Below, one piece after another: positions 37,606-46,572 of a stretch of 64,000 nt of DNA. Both the position numbers and the translations under genes were made by a program. The DNA is from an uncultured virus (IMG/VR IMGVR_UViG_3300046472_000138) (Duplodnaviria > Heunggongvirae > Uroviricota > Caudoviricetes). Each line of letters opens with the position of its first letter. Within the stretch, counting starts at the first letter, position 1. The notes under the pieces are model-generated. The model had not been told where the DNA came from. It made no database searches and was given only the letters and a program-made list of their open reading frames with translations. The DNA is taken from IMG/VR virus record IMGVR_UViG_3300046472_000138; one strand, written 5' to 3'.

Positions 37606-38420
37606 TCATCCTCTTTCAAAATTGCTCTTCCGATGGTTTCGATGACTTGCGGGACAACGGCATTCCCTAAGGCTTTAAGTCTGTCCACCCGGGAGGGAAC
37701 CCCATGAGCCACTCGACGAATTGCGGATTGAGGGAACCCGTCTGCTTCGTCGGGCCAACGACTCGACCCAGCAGTCCATTCTCCGGCACTCCGCTGACGT
37801 TTGTTCCATCCTTGTGATCCCTGCCGGTAGGAGTCGGCCACATCTTGACCTGACTGCTCAGTGTCCCATGACAATGCGATCCCCTGTCTCCGTTCCTCTT
37901 GACGAAACTCTCGCTGCTCTCCTCTGTCTCGTTCGCTCTTGGAGTGAGCCACAATCCAAACCCTGTCCCTTCGGTGCGGGGCATCGACACCGCAAGCCGG
38001 AATAATAGCCGTTTCGACCTCGTAACCAAGGGCTTCCAGTTCAAGTAACAGATTCTCGAAGACCACACCGGACTCAAGAGCAAGGATTCCACACACGTTT
38101 TCAAACAGGAGCCAGGCCGGCCGGACCTCTCGTACAATTCTAAAAGCTTCCGGCCAGAGCCAACGGTCATCGCTTGTGCCTCTTTGCTTCCCGGCAACAC
38201 TCGCAGGCTGGCAGGGAACCCCTCCGCAAATAAGGTCAACTGGGGGTAAGTTGTGGCATTCCTTGATGTCTCCGTACCTTCTGACATCAGGCCAGTGCTT
38301 GGCAAGCACCCGCTGGCAGAAGGGGTCGATCTCAACCTGCCATCCGCATCGCATTCCTGCTCGTTCGAGTCCAAGATCGAATCCCCCTATGCCAGAGAAT
38401 AGACTTCCAAAGGTCATCAT
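37572..38420 (-). CDS. C5-cytosine DNA methyltransferase, alpha-like chain (motifs I-VIII and X)
   Basis: LFSGIGG, EID, GGVPCQP.S.AG, ENV.G, PHRRDR, RLKALGNAVVP. Confidence 0.93.
   Translation of the reverse strand: MMTFGSLFSGIGGFDLGLERAGMRCGWQVEIDPFCQRVLAKHWPDVRRYGDIKECHNLPPVDLICGGVPCQPASVAGKQRGTSDDRWLWPEAFRIVREVRPAWLLFENVCGILALESGVVFENLLLELEALGYEVETAIIPACGVDAPHRRDRVWIVAHSKSERDRGEQREFRQEERRQGIALSWDTEQSGQDVADSYRQGSQGWNKRQRSAGEWTAGSSRWPDEADGFPQSAIRRVAHGVPSRVDRLKALGNAVVPQVIETIGRAILKEDECQNFQPQSLK
37667..38374 (-). CDS. Nested alternative-frame beta-like chain of the methyltransferase (motif IX)
   Basis: Uninterrupted 235-aa frame; WLTP/WPTP units; LNPQFVEWLMGFPPGWT. True start may lie downstream. 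Confidence 0.75.
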   Translation of the reverse strand: MDSNEQECDADGRLRSTPSASGCLPSTGLMSEGTETSRNATTYPQLTLFAEGFPASLRVLPGSKEAQAMTVGSGRKLLELYERSGRPGSCLKTCVESLLLSPVWSSRICYLNWKPLVTRSKRLLFRLAVSMPRTEGTGFGLWLTPRANETEESSESFVKRNGDRGSHCHGTLSSQVKMWPTPTGRDHKDGTNVSGVPENGLLGRVVGPTKQTGSLNPQFVEWLMGFPPGWTDLKP

Positions 38421-38517
38421 GTCAGCTAGATCGAATCAAAGAAACAAGCACACCGATGATAAGGATCAGAAACACTACTCCAATCGCGGCAACATCAAAA
38501 TAAAAGTTGGTTGGCAT

Positions 38518-39704
38518 TCACCTAAACAGGTCAGTTCCGCTTAAACTGAAAAGAACGCTGAGTATAAAGATCAGCGCAAATAAAATAATAATCACTTTTA
38601 AAACCTTATTGAACGGTTGAGGAGTTTCGCAGGCATCAATTGCCCACATCAAAGCCCAAAATATCAATCCGGCGATAACTACTTTCACAACTAGATTCAA
38701 CAATGCAGCGAGGGAAATCAACCCTACAGCTAGAAACGGCATTACATTTGCGATCATTTTAATTCTCCTTTTTTAGTTTCCATCATCTTCCATCCAAGGT
38801 TCAATAAGAGCATCCCAAACAAGGTTTGAGAGGATTGCGGCGGCGAATCCGAAGAACAGGGAAATTACACCTGTCCAGAATAGAGACAGGCCGATTGACA
38901 GAATAAACACGGTTGGGACTGTGACTAAGCAGCAAAAGGCAAAGGTGAAGAAACTTTTCATTGGCCTACCCTCTTTGACCTCCACAGCTTCCTGACATCC
39001 TGATCCTCTACCGGCTTATGTCCCTTACAGAGCCATTGTTTCTTGAGTAGTCGGACAAGTCTTGGGCCTCCATGAATGATTCTCGCGTCTTTCATACATC
39101 CTCCATTTTTAAAATTTTGAATTTTCCAACTTTCTTCCGATGGGCTATTTCGCATTTGACATGGAAAGGGAAATTTCCTCTTCTCAGATTAATTTTCTTC
39201 TTTCCGCAATACCGGCAAATATCCTTGATATGCTCTTCTGTTTTCTCATCTGCTACAAATTTAAGATCAAAAAGAACACATAACTCCTGAAGTCCTGAAA
39301 TCACCTTCTGCCGGTCATACTGCTTGTATTCGACAAATTTCCGAATCTCGGCAAAGGTTTCAGAAACAATATAGAGCAGGAATTTTCTTACTTCAGGGTC
39401 CAGATTATTCATCGTTCTGCCAACTTCACAAGAATGTAGACAATGGAAAAGACGATAGCGATACCGAAAATAAGATCGATCAAAAGTCACCATCCCATAA
39501 TGATTTAATCTCTTGGATTGGGAAGGTTAGAAAGTCCTTGAATGGCTCCCAGAAATCAAACCCTCTGTCATGCGACCAGTCAATCATTGCTCCACAAAAG
39601 AACAGGGGAGAAAAAAGAGGAATAGTAACAATTAAGAATATCTGAATTACTCCAAAGGCTAATAAAAATGGGGATGAGAAGATTAATCTAATGATCTTTT
39701 TCAT
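38518..39704 (-). other. Cluster of small, mostly hydrophobic early ORFs
   Basis: 38518-38757, 38773-38985, 38958-39155, 39092-39493, 39480-39704. Confidence 0.5.
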
Positions 39705-39715
39705 ATGATTTATGA

Positions 39716-39933
39716 TTCCCCGCTTGGCTTCCTCTTAGCTGTATAATTCTAAGCTAGCCGTCAACCCTGATGGGCTGTCCCGTCCAACAGGAGCGGGGAA
39801 ACTTATTCCCTCCCGCCTTCAATCTCGCTTCGCCTTTCGTGGATACGCCGGTATCAGGGCTTTCGGGCTACAGCAGCCACGGGAGGGAAAGTTGATAAGT
39901 TATTATTCCACGGCGGGACGCTGAATCCCGCCG
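39716..39933. ncRNA. Three adjacent structured non-coding elements
   Basis: TTCCCCGCT/AGCGGGGAA, TTCCCTCCCG/CGGGAGGGAA and CGGCGGGA/TCCCGCCG stems in an ORF-free gap. Confidence 0.45.
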
Positions 39934-39987
39934 CCTTCTTCCGTTGAATCACCGTTTCTGGATATCAAGACCTCCTTTCATTTGGAT

Positions 39988-40386
39988 TTACTCTTGATTT
40001 TCTTTTCGAGATTCTTTTGAAATACGATTTATTGACCATTGCAAGCATTCATCGTATTTAGCGCAGGTTTCTTTCAGCTTGACGTTCTCCGCTTCGAGTT
40101 CTTCAATTCGCTTCAATTCTTCGACAGGTGCGCTATTGAGTTGAGCAAGGGCTTGACCTAGCTTGGCGTTCTCCGCTTCTAGTTCGGAGATGCGCTGATG
40201 TAAATCAGGAACACGATTCTCGTAGACGTTGATACAATTCTTCAACCGCTCAATTTCCGCATCCTTTGCGGCCAGCAAGGGGTCAACGTCGATGGCGTAG
40301 GCTGCTTCAAGAGCTTTCTTGGCATCAAACCAGCCCTTGTCTAATCCTGCCAGCATTGCTTGAGTCGCCTTCTCACTCGGTTTCAT
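39988..40386 (-). CDS. Coiled-coil hypothetical protein
   Basis: Two RI.ELEAEN.KL units. Confidence 0.65.
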   Translation of the reverse strand: MKPSEKATQAMLAGLDKGWFDAKKALEAAYAIDVDPLLAAKDAEIERLKNCINVYENRVPDLHQRISELEAENAKLGQALAQLNSAPVEELKRIEELEAENVKLKETCAKYDECLQWSINRISKESRKENQE

Positions 40387-40723
40387 CTAGGGATTCCTCC
40401 TCTACCAATGCCCCTTGCTTGCTTTCATTGATCACGAGTTGATATTCAAACAACCCAAAATGTCGATCTCCTCTGGACTGTTTGTTGACCGTATGATAAC
40501 CAAATCGTTTCTTTCTCAAGTGTCTTAACTGTGCGCTGATACTGGCTTGAGGATCCCCTGTAATGCTTTCAATCTCTGCCAATGTGCGCCATTCCCCATC
40601 TTGCATCAGGTCATAGATTCGGAGGATTTGACCCGTCAACCGGACATCATCTAACTCGCGATCATAGTCCGAGCCAGTAAAGCGAAATTCAAGTGGTAAC
40701 TGGCGGGTTTCGTCGATCATCAT
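40373..40723 (-). CDS. Phage winged-helix DNA-binding protein
   Basis: LM.DG.WRTL.EI...TG.PQASISAQLR.LRK. Confidence 0.7.
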   Translation of the reverse strand: MMIDETRQLPLEFRFTGSDYDRELDDVRLTGQILRIYDLMQDGEWRTLAEIESITGDPQASISAQLRHLRKKRFGYHTVNKQSRGDRHFGLFEYQLVINESKQGALVEEESLDETE

Positions 40724-40806
40724 TTAAAAGTCCATCATCAATCAGAGATTGCCAAAACCAATCATTAAGGCCGCGCTCGGCCATTTCCCGGTCATGGTCG
40801 GAAATA

Positions 40807-41724
40807 TCAGGTTGTTTCAAGAACTCTTGACAATTCTGTATCTCTTGCTTTGTTCGTTCTTTCATCGCATCTTACCCATTCTCCGCTTACAATTTCTTCA
40901 AGGATCATTCCGAAATTATTTACTTTTTTTGGAATTTTAATTTCGGGTCGCCGCTTGAGTTGTTGAGTAAATCCTGAATAATCAACTTGGTGATGATTTC
41001 TTCCCCATTTCTCGGTAGCTACAACGATATCAGGATGAGCTCTCTGTAGTTCTTCTACAAATTCAAGACGGTTATCGGTCTTTTCGTAATAGTCCGTCAT
41101 TCCTCCGGCTACAGACATAGTCGTCTGTTTGTAAATTAGAAAAGCGTTGAAAAGGACCGTACACCAACCGCTTTTAAGGACTCTCAAGCAAAGATCAGTA
41201 TCGTCATTATAAAAAGTAACATTTCTAAAAGGTTTTCCGATCTTGTCTTTCGCAAAGGTACGAATCAACATATTTGAATAAATACGTGTATTTAAAGTAA
41301 ACGGTGGAATATTCCCGCTCTTTCTCGAAACAAACATAAAATAATTCATACCGGCAATAGAAATATTTTCATACCTTTGAACGAACTCCTCTATGATAGC
41401 CATAATTGTAGCATCGTAACAAGGAGTTTTTAGGTTGTAGTTGTACCGATAAAGACCGCTAATATTATCATCAAATGTCCAAAACCATTCCAAGTCTCTC
41501 TCGGCGGCGTAATCCCAAATATAATTTCTAGTGACGGTTAATCCTTTGTCTCTATGAGGAAGAATATGTATATCTTCAACCGAGACATATTTGGCGTATA
41601 AATCAAACTCTTGAGATTCAACAAAAATTGTATATGGTACACAAAGATCGTCAAACATCTTGATAGTTAGTCGTGTATCGGATCTTCCTTTAGTTGGGAT
41701 AAAAACCGGAAATTTAGGATTCAT
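40807..41724 (-). CDS. TAGT/GREB1-like glycosyltransferase, predicted DNA-modifying
   Basis: FPVFIPTKGR, VE.QE...Y, RNYIWDYA, FW.FDDNI, DTDLCLRVLK.G.CT..FN, GG.T..Y. Confidence 0.75.
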   Translation of the reverse strand: MNPKFPVFIPTKGRSDTRLTIKMFDDLCVPYTIFVESQEFDLYAKYVSVEDIHILPHRDKGLTVTRNYIWDYAAERDLEWFWTFDDNISGLYRYNYNLKTPCYDATIMAIIEEFVQRYENISIAGMNYFMFVSRKSGNIPPFTLNTRIYSNMLIRTFAKDKIGKPFRNVTFYNDDTDLCLRVLKSGWCTVLFNAFLIYKQTTMSVAGGMTDYYEKTDNRLEFVEELQRAHPDIVVATEKWGRNHHQVDYSGFTQQLKRRPEIKIPKKVNNFGMILEEIVSGEWVRCDERTNKARDTELSRVLETT

Positions 41725-41986
41725 AATCCTCTCTCTGGGCATATCGTTTTGTAACATATCGAGCAATTTCCTGCCTTGGAAACCAAAGGCTTTTTGTTTG
41801 CCGACCCTCTTCCGTACTAATATTTTGATTAATCAATTTCGCGAATTCTTCAACGTCACTTTTAAAAGCAAAATTTATAATTACTTGAAATTTTGCCGAC
41901 AAATCCTCGTGGGAATACTCAGGCATATTCTGCCATTCTTTTTTCCACGGGATCATTTCTTCTTCAGAAAATAATCGTCCATTCAT
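41714..41986 (-). CDS. Small TAGT-associated protein
   Basis: W..EW..MPEY..ED...I.F....D...F..L..Q...TKS.WFP pattern, overlapping the TAGT start. Confidence 0.6.
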   Translation of the reverse strand: MNGRLFSEEEMIPWKKEWQNMPEYSHEDLSAKFQVIINFAFKSDVEEFAKLINQNISTEEGRQTKSLWFPRQEIARYVTKRYAQREDYES

Positions 41987-43116
41987 TTTATTTTCTCCAA
42001 AGATTCTGCAATCTCACGCATCCAGGCGACGTTCTCGCATGTTGCCAAATCTTGCACAGTTAAAAACATATGGCCCATGCTGCATTTGGACTTTAAAGAG
42101 GTGTCTTTTAGAAATTGCTGGATGTCAAATTCATTACCTCCAGAAAGATTAAATAAGCGATCCTGAATTGTCATTCTCAAGCTGGCGATTTCTTTTTGCT
42201 TGGGGTCTTTTTTTTGTGATTCTTGACTTGATTTATTAACTCCTTCGCCAACAAGTTTCTCTCGGCTAGAGTTAATCCCTTCGTCAAAATTCTGATTATA
42301 TATTCCGGTGTTGCTTCTATCGTAATCTTCATGTCCTTCCTCCTGTGTTTTCGGATTCGGCTTAATTAGCCTGATTTCCTGGGGACTCGGCAGCACTCCG
42401 AAATTGTCTTCTTCGAGGGATGAATCAATGTGGTTTTTGTCATCAACTGAATCTAGGGCGATTGACTGGCGTAGCTCGACGGATGCCGGAAGAGACTTGC
42501 ATAGTCTTTTTAAAACGGTCTTCTTTGCCATTTCTACAAAGTCAGTCACCCAAGGGCCGTCATCGGCTGCTCGGCTTCTCAATCGGACCTTCTCAATTTC
42601 TGAAAGGTCCATCACTTCAAATTGAGTTTCATCGGATTTTAGCCTTGCCACGGCATACACGTAAGTCAACTCGCCTCGCTCGCCCATTGCAGGTTTGTGT
42701 TGAAGTCCTTCATGTATTCCATACCAGTAATCAAACGAATCATTCTCAAGAACTGCTCTGGCATAGATTGCCTTGATCTCGCCGGACCTTCTAGCAATCG
42801 CGCATAGTCCCTGATACCCTGGAATCATCCGGCAAATGTATTGTCCCATCTTGTTTTTGAATGGCAATAAGTATGCCTGTCCTAGCACACGTCCTGGCTC
42901 TAATCCAAGCTGGCTGCATTCCATCAATGCGCCAAGAAAACTCTCCGCGGTACATTCGTTTAAGTGTCTGACTTGCTGGAAATCAGTCAAGGCCATGCGG
43001 ATGATTCTGGCCGGGTCAAGGTGTTTTGGTAGGACTTTCTGGATTTCAGGTTTCATCTTTTCGAGCAACCCTCGAATGGTATCAATTTTGGTCAAACCTT
43101 GGACTTGTTTGTTCAT
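41983..43116 (-). CDS. recT: RecT-family single-strand annealing protein
   Basis: LPKHL...R..R.AL, QLGLEPG..LGQAYLLPF, GYQGL...ARRSG, GPW.TDF.EMAKKTV. Confidence 0.92.
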   Translation of the reverse strand: MNKQVQGLTKIDTIRGLLEKMKPEIQKVLPKHLDPARIIRMALTDFQQVRHLNECTAESFLGALMECSQLGLEPGRVLGQAYLLPFKNKMGQYICRMIPGYQGLCAIARRSGEIKAIYARAVLENDSFDYWYGIHEGLQHKPAMGERGELTYVYAVARLKSDETQFEVMDLSEIEKVRLRSRAADDGPWVTDFVEMAKKTVLKRLCKSLPASVELRQSIALDSVDDKNHIDSSLEEDNFGVLPSPQEIRLIKPNPKTQEEGHEDYDRSNTGIYNQNFDEGINSSREKLVGEGVNKSSQESQKKDPKQKEIASLRMTIQDRLFNLSGGNEFDIQQFLKDTSLKSKCSMGHMFLTVQDLATCENVAWMREIAESLEKIK

Positions 43117-43354
43117 TTTGCGCGGCTCCTTTTGAATCGAGTTTGATTTGATGCTGCAAATGTACACTCTTTATTCGTACAAGCATAATTCGCACTAAAT
43201 TTGAATTTAAATATAACCACTTCAGATCCACACTTCGGGCAACGTCCTCCGGTATAATGTGTAGGCGAGGGAGGCGATTGCTTGCACGCCTCCTGTGGTT
43301 GGTTTTCTTGGGATACTTCAGCGAATTGCGTGGATTGATTTAAGGGAGAGAGTT

Positions 43355-43777
43355 TCATTTTCCAAGCCTCTGTTTTTTGAATTCTTCATCTACGATTTCG
43401 TTCATTTTTGTGACCATCTCGGCAGCCTGTTGATTATCGTAATATTTTCCTTTATCTGGCATGAGTGGAAGTATTCTTTGAATGATTTTGGCTGTTGGTC
43501 CTTCTGGTATCTGATCGGCCCATTTTTTCGTAACAACCTCTTCTGGATCAGGGGCCATTGCCTCAATGAAATCTCCCGGCAAGGGAAATCCTTTTGAAAA
43601 TTCATTCTTAGACCTTTCCATCAACTTTCTGCAAGCATTCGTAAACTGGTCAGAGTTAAACCTAATCAACCGTTGCCAGTATTGGTCAAGAGCGACCTTA
43701 GAAAGGGAGGAGAGTCCCCACATTTCCCTCATCACATTCATTGCATTGGTAAAGCCTAATATTTCATCACTTTTCAT
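43355..43777 (-). CDS. Replication-associated protein downstream of the initiator (lambda P position)
   Basis: Overlaps the initiator stop; YW..L...F..AC........FP.P.DF pattern. Confidence 0.5.
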   Translation of the reverse strand: MKSDEILGFTNAMNVMREMWGLSSLSKVALDQYWQRLIRFNSDQFTNACRKLMERSKNEFSKGFPLPGDFIEAMAPDPEEVVTKKWADQIPEGPTAKIIQRILPLMPDKGKYYDNQQAAEMVTKMNEIVDEEFKKQRLGK

Positions 43778-44486
43778 TGGTCTTTGCCTGTTTAAACCCT
43801 TCCTCAATTCCGATAGTTGGTTGAGAATTAATGTCCGGCTCATCAAGCCAGCGTTTTCGGTTGAGATAGGTTGTGGGATGCGGAATATAACCAGCAATCC
43901 AACTACGCGATGACTTTTGCCATTCCAATGCTTTCAGGATTAGGTCAAGTGTTCCATTTCCGAGTTTCATCTTGATCCAGGTTTCAAGGCATTTAAGTTT
44001 ATCGACTTTCTTTGGGTACGAAGTCCAAAAAACCACAAACTCCGCAGGTGTATTTGTTTCATTTTCTTTAATTATCTTTCTTTTTCTTTTATTGTTAGTG
44101 TCCTCTTGCTGCTCTCTTGCTGCTCTCTTGCTGCTCTCTTGCTGTACGTTTTGCTGCTCTCTTGCCTGATACTTGTCATAGTTAATAATTGTTATTATTG
44201 AAGTTATATTGTTTTTTTGCTGCTCTATTTGCTGCTCTATTTCGAGTATGTTTAGAAAAGTTTTTACAGCAGTTCTGCTCCAACCCCATCTGACGCTGAT
44301 CTTCACGATAGACCAACCTACTTGACCGCGCTTAATTGGAATTCTCATATGCCTAACTAAAATGAATCCGTCTTTATAATTGGCAAGCCCGATTAGGTCT
44401 ATCCACGCTGCTCCATAGCAAAAAGGCTTATGTTTCCATAGATCGTTATCAAATAAACTCCGATGGATCAGGAAATAACCTTCCAC
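43767..44486 (-). CDS. Phage replication initiator / replisome organizer (lambda O-like architecture)
   Basis: N-terminal wHTH (GY..IHR...W...AWIDL...RGQ...RWGWSR); C-terminal FW..YPKK...YIPHPTTYLN..RW.DE; internal iterons. Confidence 0.85.
   Translation of the reverse strand: MEGYFLIHRSLFDNDLWKHKPFCYGAAWIDLIGLANYKDGFILVRHMRIPIKRGQVGWSIVKISVRWGWSRTAVKTFLNILEIEQQIEQQKNNITSIITIINYDKYQAREQQNVQQESSKRAAREQQEDTNNKRKRKIIKENETNTPAEFVVFWTSYPKKVDKLKCLETWIKMKLGNGTLDLILKALEWQKSSRSWIAGYIPHPTTYLNRKRWLDEPDINSQPTIGIEEGFKQAKTNEK
44103..44242. repeat. Iteron-like repeats, putative origin
   Basis: Same TGCTGCTCT(C/A)T array as 44-183. Confidence 0.65.
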
Positions 44487-44509
44487 TTGCTGTCTCGCAG
44501 TGAAAAAAG

Positions 44510-44576
44510 ACAGCCGCTCAGACGATAGGGATGAGCTATCTTCCGCGCCGGAGAGACACGTACACTAAGCGGCTGT
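44510..44576 (-). ncRNA. Structured leader RNA, copy 2
   Basis: ACAGCCGCT/AGCGGCTGT closing stem; inner GATAG/CTATC. Confidence 0.6.
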
Positions 44577-44676
44577 TTTCGTCGACGAACTTTGAATATC
44601 TTGATTGTTTTTCCACGAAACTCATCCTTTCGCGTTTCAGTTGGAAGTGTGAATCTATTTCAGCCGCTTTTCTGTG

Positions 44677-44904
44677 TCAAGACTTTTCTTTCTCTCGCTC
44701 GGCAAGCATGGCATCGGCTATTTTGTAAGCCTCAAGGCAATTATGCTCATAGCCGATAGTTACATCACCGGAAGCGTACAACCCCTGCAATGCCATCCCT
44801 GCAAACCAATCCCGCAGAGACATGCCTTTATCGTAAATACCAAACTGAATTGGGAAAGCCGGTCCCCCGTCTTTCACTGGCATATTCCATCCAAGAAACT
44901 CCAA
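44677..44904 (-). CDS. GGPAFP/GMSLRDWFA-family protein, copy 2
   Basis: Ortholog of 630-830; start uncertain. Confidence 0.72.
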   Translation of the reverse strand: MEFLGWNMPVKDGGPAFPIQFGIYDKGMSLRDWFAGMALQGLYASGDVTIGYEHNCLEAYKIADAMLAEREKEKS

Positions 44905-45077
44905 ACCAACTTATTTCGATCCGGCAACTCATCCTGCATGAGTTCTTCATCCCTTGCCCAGATCGACAGTTGCGCCTCGGTATTCTGCAAACACGCCTGC
45001 CCGTCTGCCTTCACATCGATCACTTCCCACTTTTCAGTAGGCATGATCTTGAGTTTTACTATTTCACCGATTGTCAT
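44874..45077 (-). CDS. Small beta-barrel-like hypothetical protein
   Basis: Diverged ortholog at 827-985; SD AGGAGG. Confidence 0.65.
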   Translation of the reverse strand: MTIGEIVKLKIMPTEKWEVIDVKADGQACLQNTEAQLSIWARDEELMQDELPDRNKLVWSFLDGICQ

Positions 45078-45216
45078 AAGACCTCCTAGTTGATTAAAGT
45101 GTTGAACCAGTCTTCAATTTCTCTTGATGCTTCCCTTTCAGAAAAAGAATTCATTTTCAATTCATCACAAAACCAAAACAGCGTATCAAGCGCAGCTAAT
45201 CGAATATTGTTTGGAT

Positions 45217-45378
45217 TCATTTCTCTTTCTCCTCCTCCATCTCCAACCCAAGCACCATATGCACATATTCCCGCAACTTCATCCTTGCCTCAAGTGCTTG
45301 CTCCTTGATCCGGTACAGATTCTCTCGGCTCATCCTGATCGTAAGAGCCGTGATTTTTTCTTTCTTCTTGTCGGTCAT
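45217..45378 (-). CDS. RHH regulator, copy 2 (53 aa)
   Basis: Ortholog of 1492-1662. Confidence 0.7.
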   Translation of the reverse strand: MTDKKKEKITALTIRMSRENLYRIKEQALEARMKLREYVHMVLGLEMEEEKEK

Positions 45379-45386
45379 AAATCCTC

Positions 45387-45429
45387 AAAAGGGGAGGCAA
45401 TTAAAGGGAACAAGAGTTCCAGCCTCCCC
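45387..45429 (-). terminator. Terminator-like hairpin downstream of the Mom-like gene
   Basis: GGGGAGGC/GCCTCCCC followed by TTTT on the minus strand. Confidence 0.5.
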
Positions 45430-45446
45430 AGATCCCTACCGTCCGC

Positions 45447-46148
45447 TTAGGAGGCAGGGTGCGGCAGGGAAACTCTTTTCTCATATGGAAAAACAGGCCA
45501 CTTCAACATGGCTCTAAAATTTCTTTTCTCTCTTCGATCTCCAAGAATATGAACATATCTACGCTTTCTAGGTCTGGGTTTGATTGTCATATGGCCTTTA
45601 ATCACTCCCACTGGTCCTACAATCACTTTTCCATAACCGTCGATATAATCCGGTCTCTTTTCAGTCCAACCGCAGTACAGCCAATTTGTGGCCTGATAAA
45701 CTGTGCCTATCTCTCCAGCCATAGGATCTGCAAAAGCAATAACGACTCGATAGCCAAGTTTTTCAATCTCTTTCAATCCATACCCGATCAGCTTTGACGA
45801 GGCGTGTTCATGCGCCCAGTGAACACTTGCACCACGTCCAAGTTGGATGACTTTTGAAGCATACTCTTTAGGGATTACTGAACTTGCTATCGATGGGGGG
45901 CTAGGAGAGCCAAATACAACAACCCCCCCGCAAAACCCGCCCCAATAGATCCCAAATGAGGCTATAGGCGCATTCGACATAGTTCCAAGGTATTCATATT
46001 GTCGGATGATAGCGGAAGCAGTAGCGTGGCTTATAGGCATTAATTCAGCCTTGTTGATGGATACATCAAGATCCTTCCAGAAGTGGAACAACTCCCCAGA
46101 AGGATCTTGAGAAATTTTCTCTCGGATGATTCGTTGATGACATTTCAT
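45447..46148 (-). CDS. Mom-like (GNAT fold) DNA modification protein; absent from the copy-1 slot
   Basis: GVVVFG, L.R...HW......S.LI, AFADP..GEIGTVYQATNW.YCG, K.RY. Confidence 0.75.
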   Translation of the reverse strand: MKCHQRIIREKISQDPSGELFHFWKDLDVSINKAELMPISHATASAIIRQYEYLGTMSNAPIASFGIYWGGFCGGVVVFGSPSPPSIASSVIPKEYASKVIQLGRGASVHWAHEHASSKLIGYGLKEIEKLGYRVVIAFADPMAGEIGTVYQATNWLYCGWTEKRPDYIDGYGKVIVGPVGVIKGHMTIKPRPRKRRYVHILGDRREKRNFRAMLKWPVFPYEKRVSLPHPAS

Positions 46149-46156
46149 TGGTCAGC

Positions 46157-46427
46157 CTAGAGGTATTTGTCAATATACTCTTGAGCCTTAGCCGCAGTTG
46201 TAAATCTCTGTCCAGCTTCAAGGACATATTCTTTTAAAAGAGGCTCCCACCAAAGGATTTCAAAAATATCGTGGTCCTGTCTGATCTTGGGTGGATGCGG
46301 ATTTTTCCAGCAACGCAAGCAAAGGGAATTGTCCATTCTGTCGGAAGTATCAATCCACATCTTCCGCTTACATTTTGAGCAAATCCCGTAAAAACCAAAT
46401 TCATCACGCATGATATGAGTTGTCATT
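46157..46427 (-). CDS. Zn-finger hypothetical protein
   Basis: CSKC...CLRC; SD AGGAGG. Start coordinate approximate. Confidence 0.5.
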
Positions 46428-46457
46428 GTTCGCCTCCTAAGCGTTAAGTTACTCATA

Positions 46458-46565
46458 AGCCTAATCTCTTTATCGGAAAAAGCAAGTAAAAAATTAAAAA
46501 AGTTATAAATCATTTATAATCAACAAAAATATCTTGACAATGTTTCGAGATTCAAATTTACTCAG
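46458..46565. promoter_or_regulatory. Divergent promoter region, copy 2
   Basis: TTGCTT/TAGGCT on the minus strand, palindrome at 46503-46519, TTGACA at 46534. Confidence 0.7.
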
Positions 46566-46572
46566 CAAGACA

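Larger units (their letters stand above)
1..44059. mobile_element. One full period (~44 kb) of a tailless virus-like / phage-plasmid-like element; circularly permuted, true ends not visible
   Basis: Sequence at position 1 recurs at 44060 and gene order then repeats. Divergent early and late arms; phage replication, recombination and lysis genes; no host genes. Confidence 0.85.
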
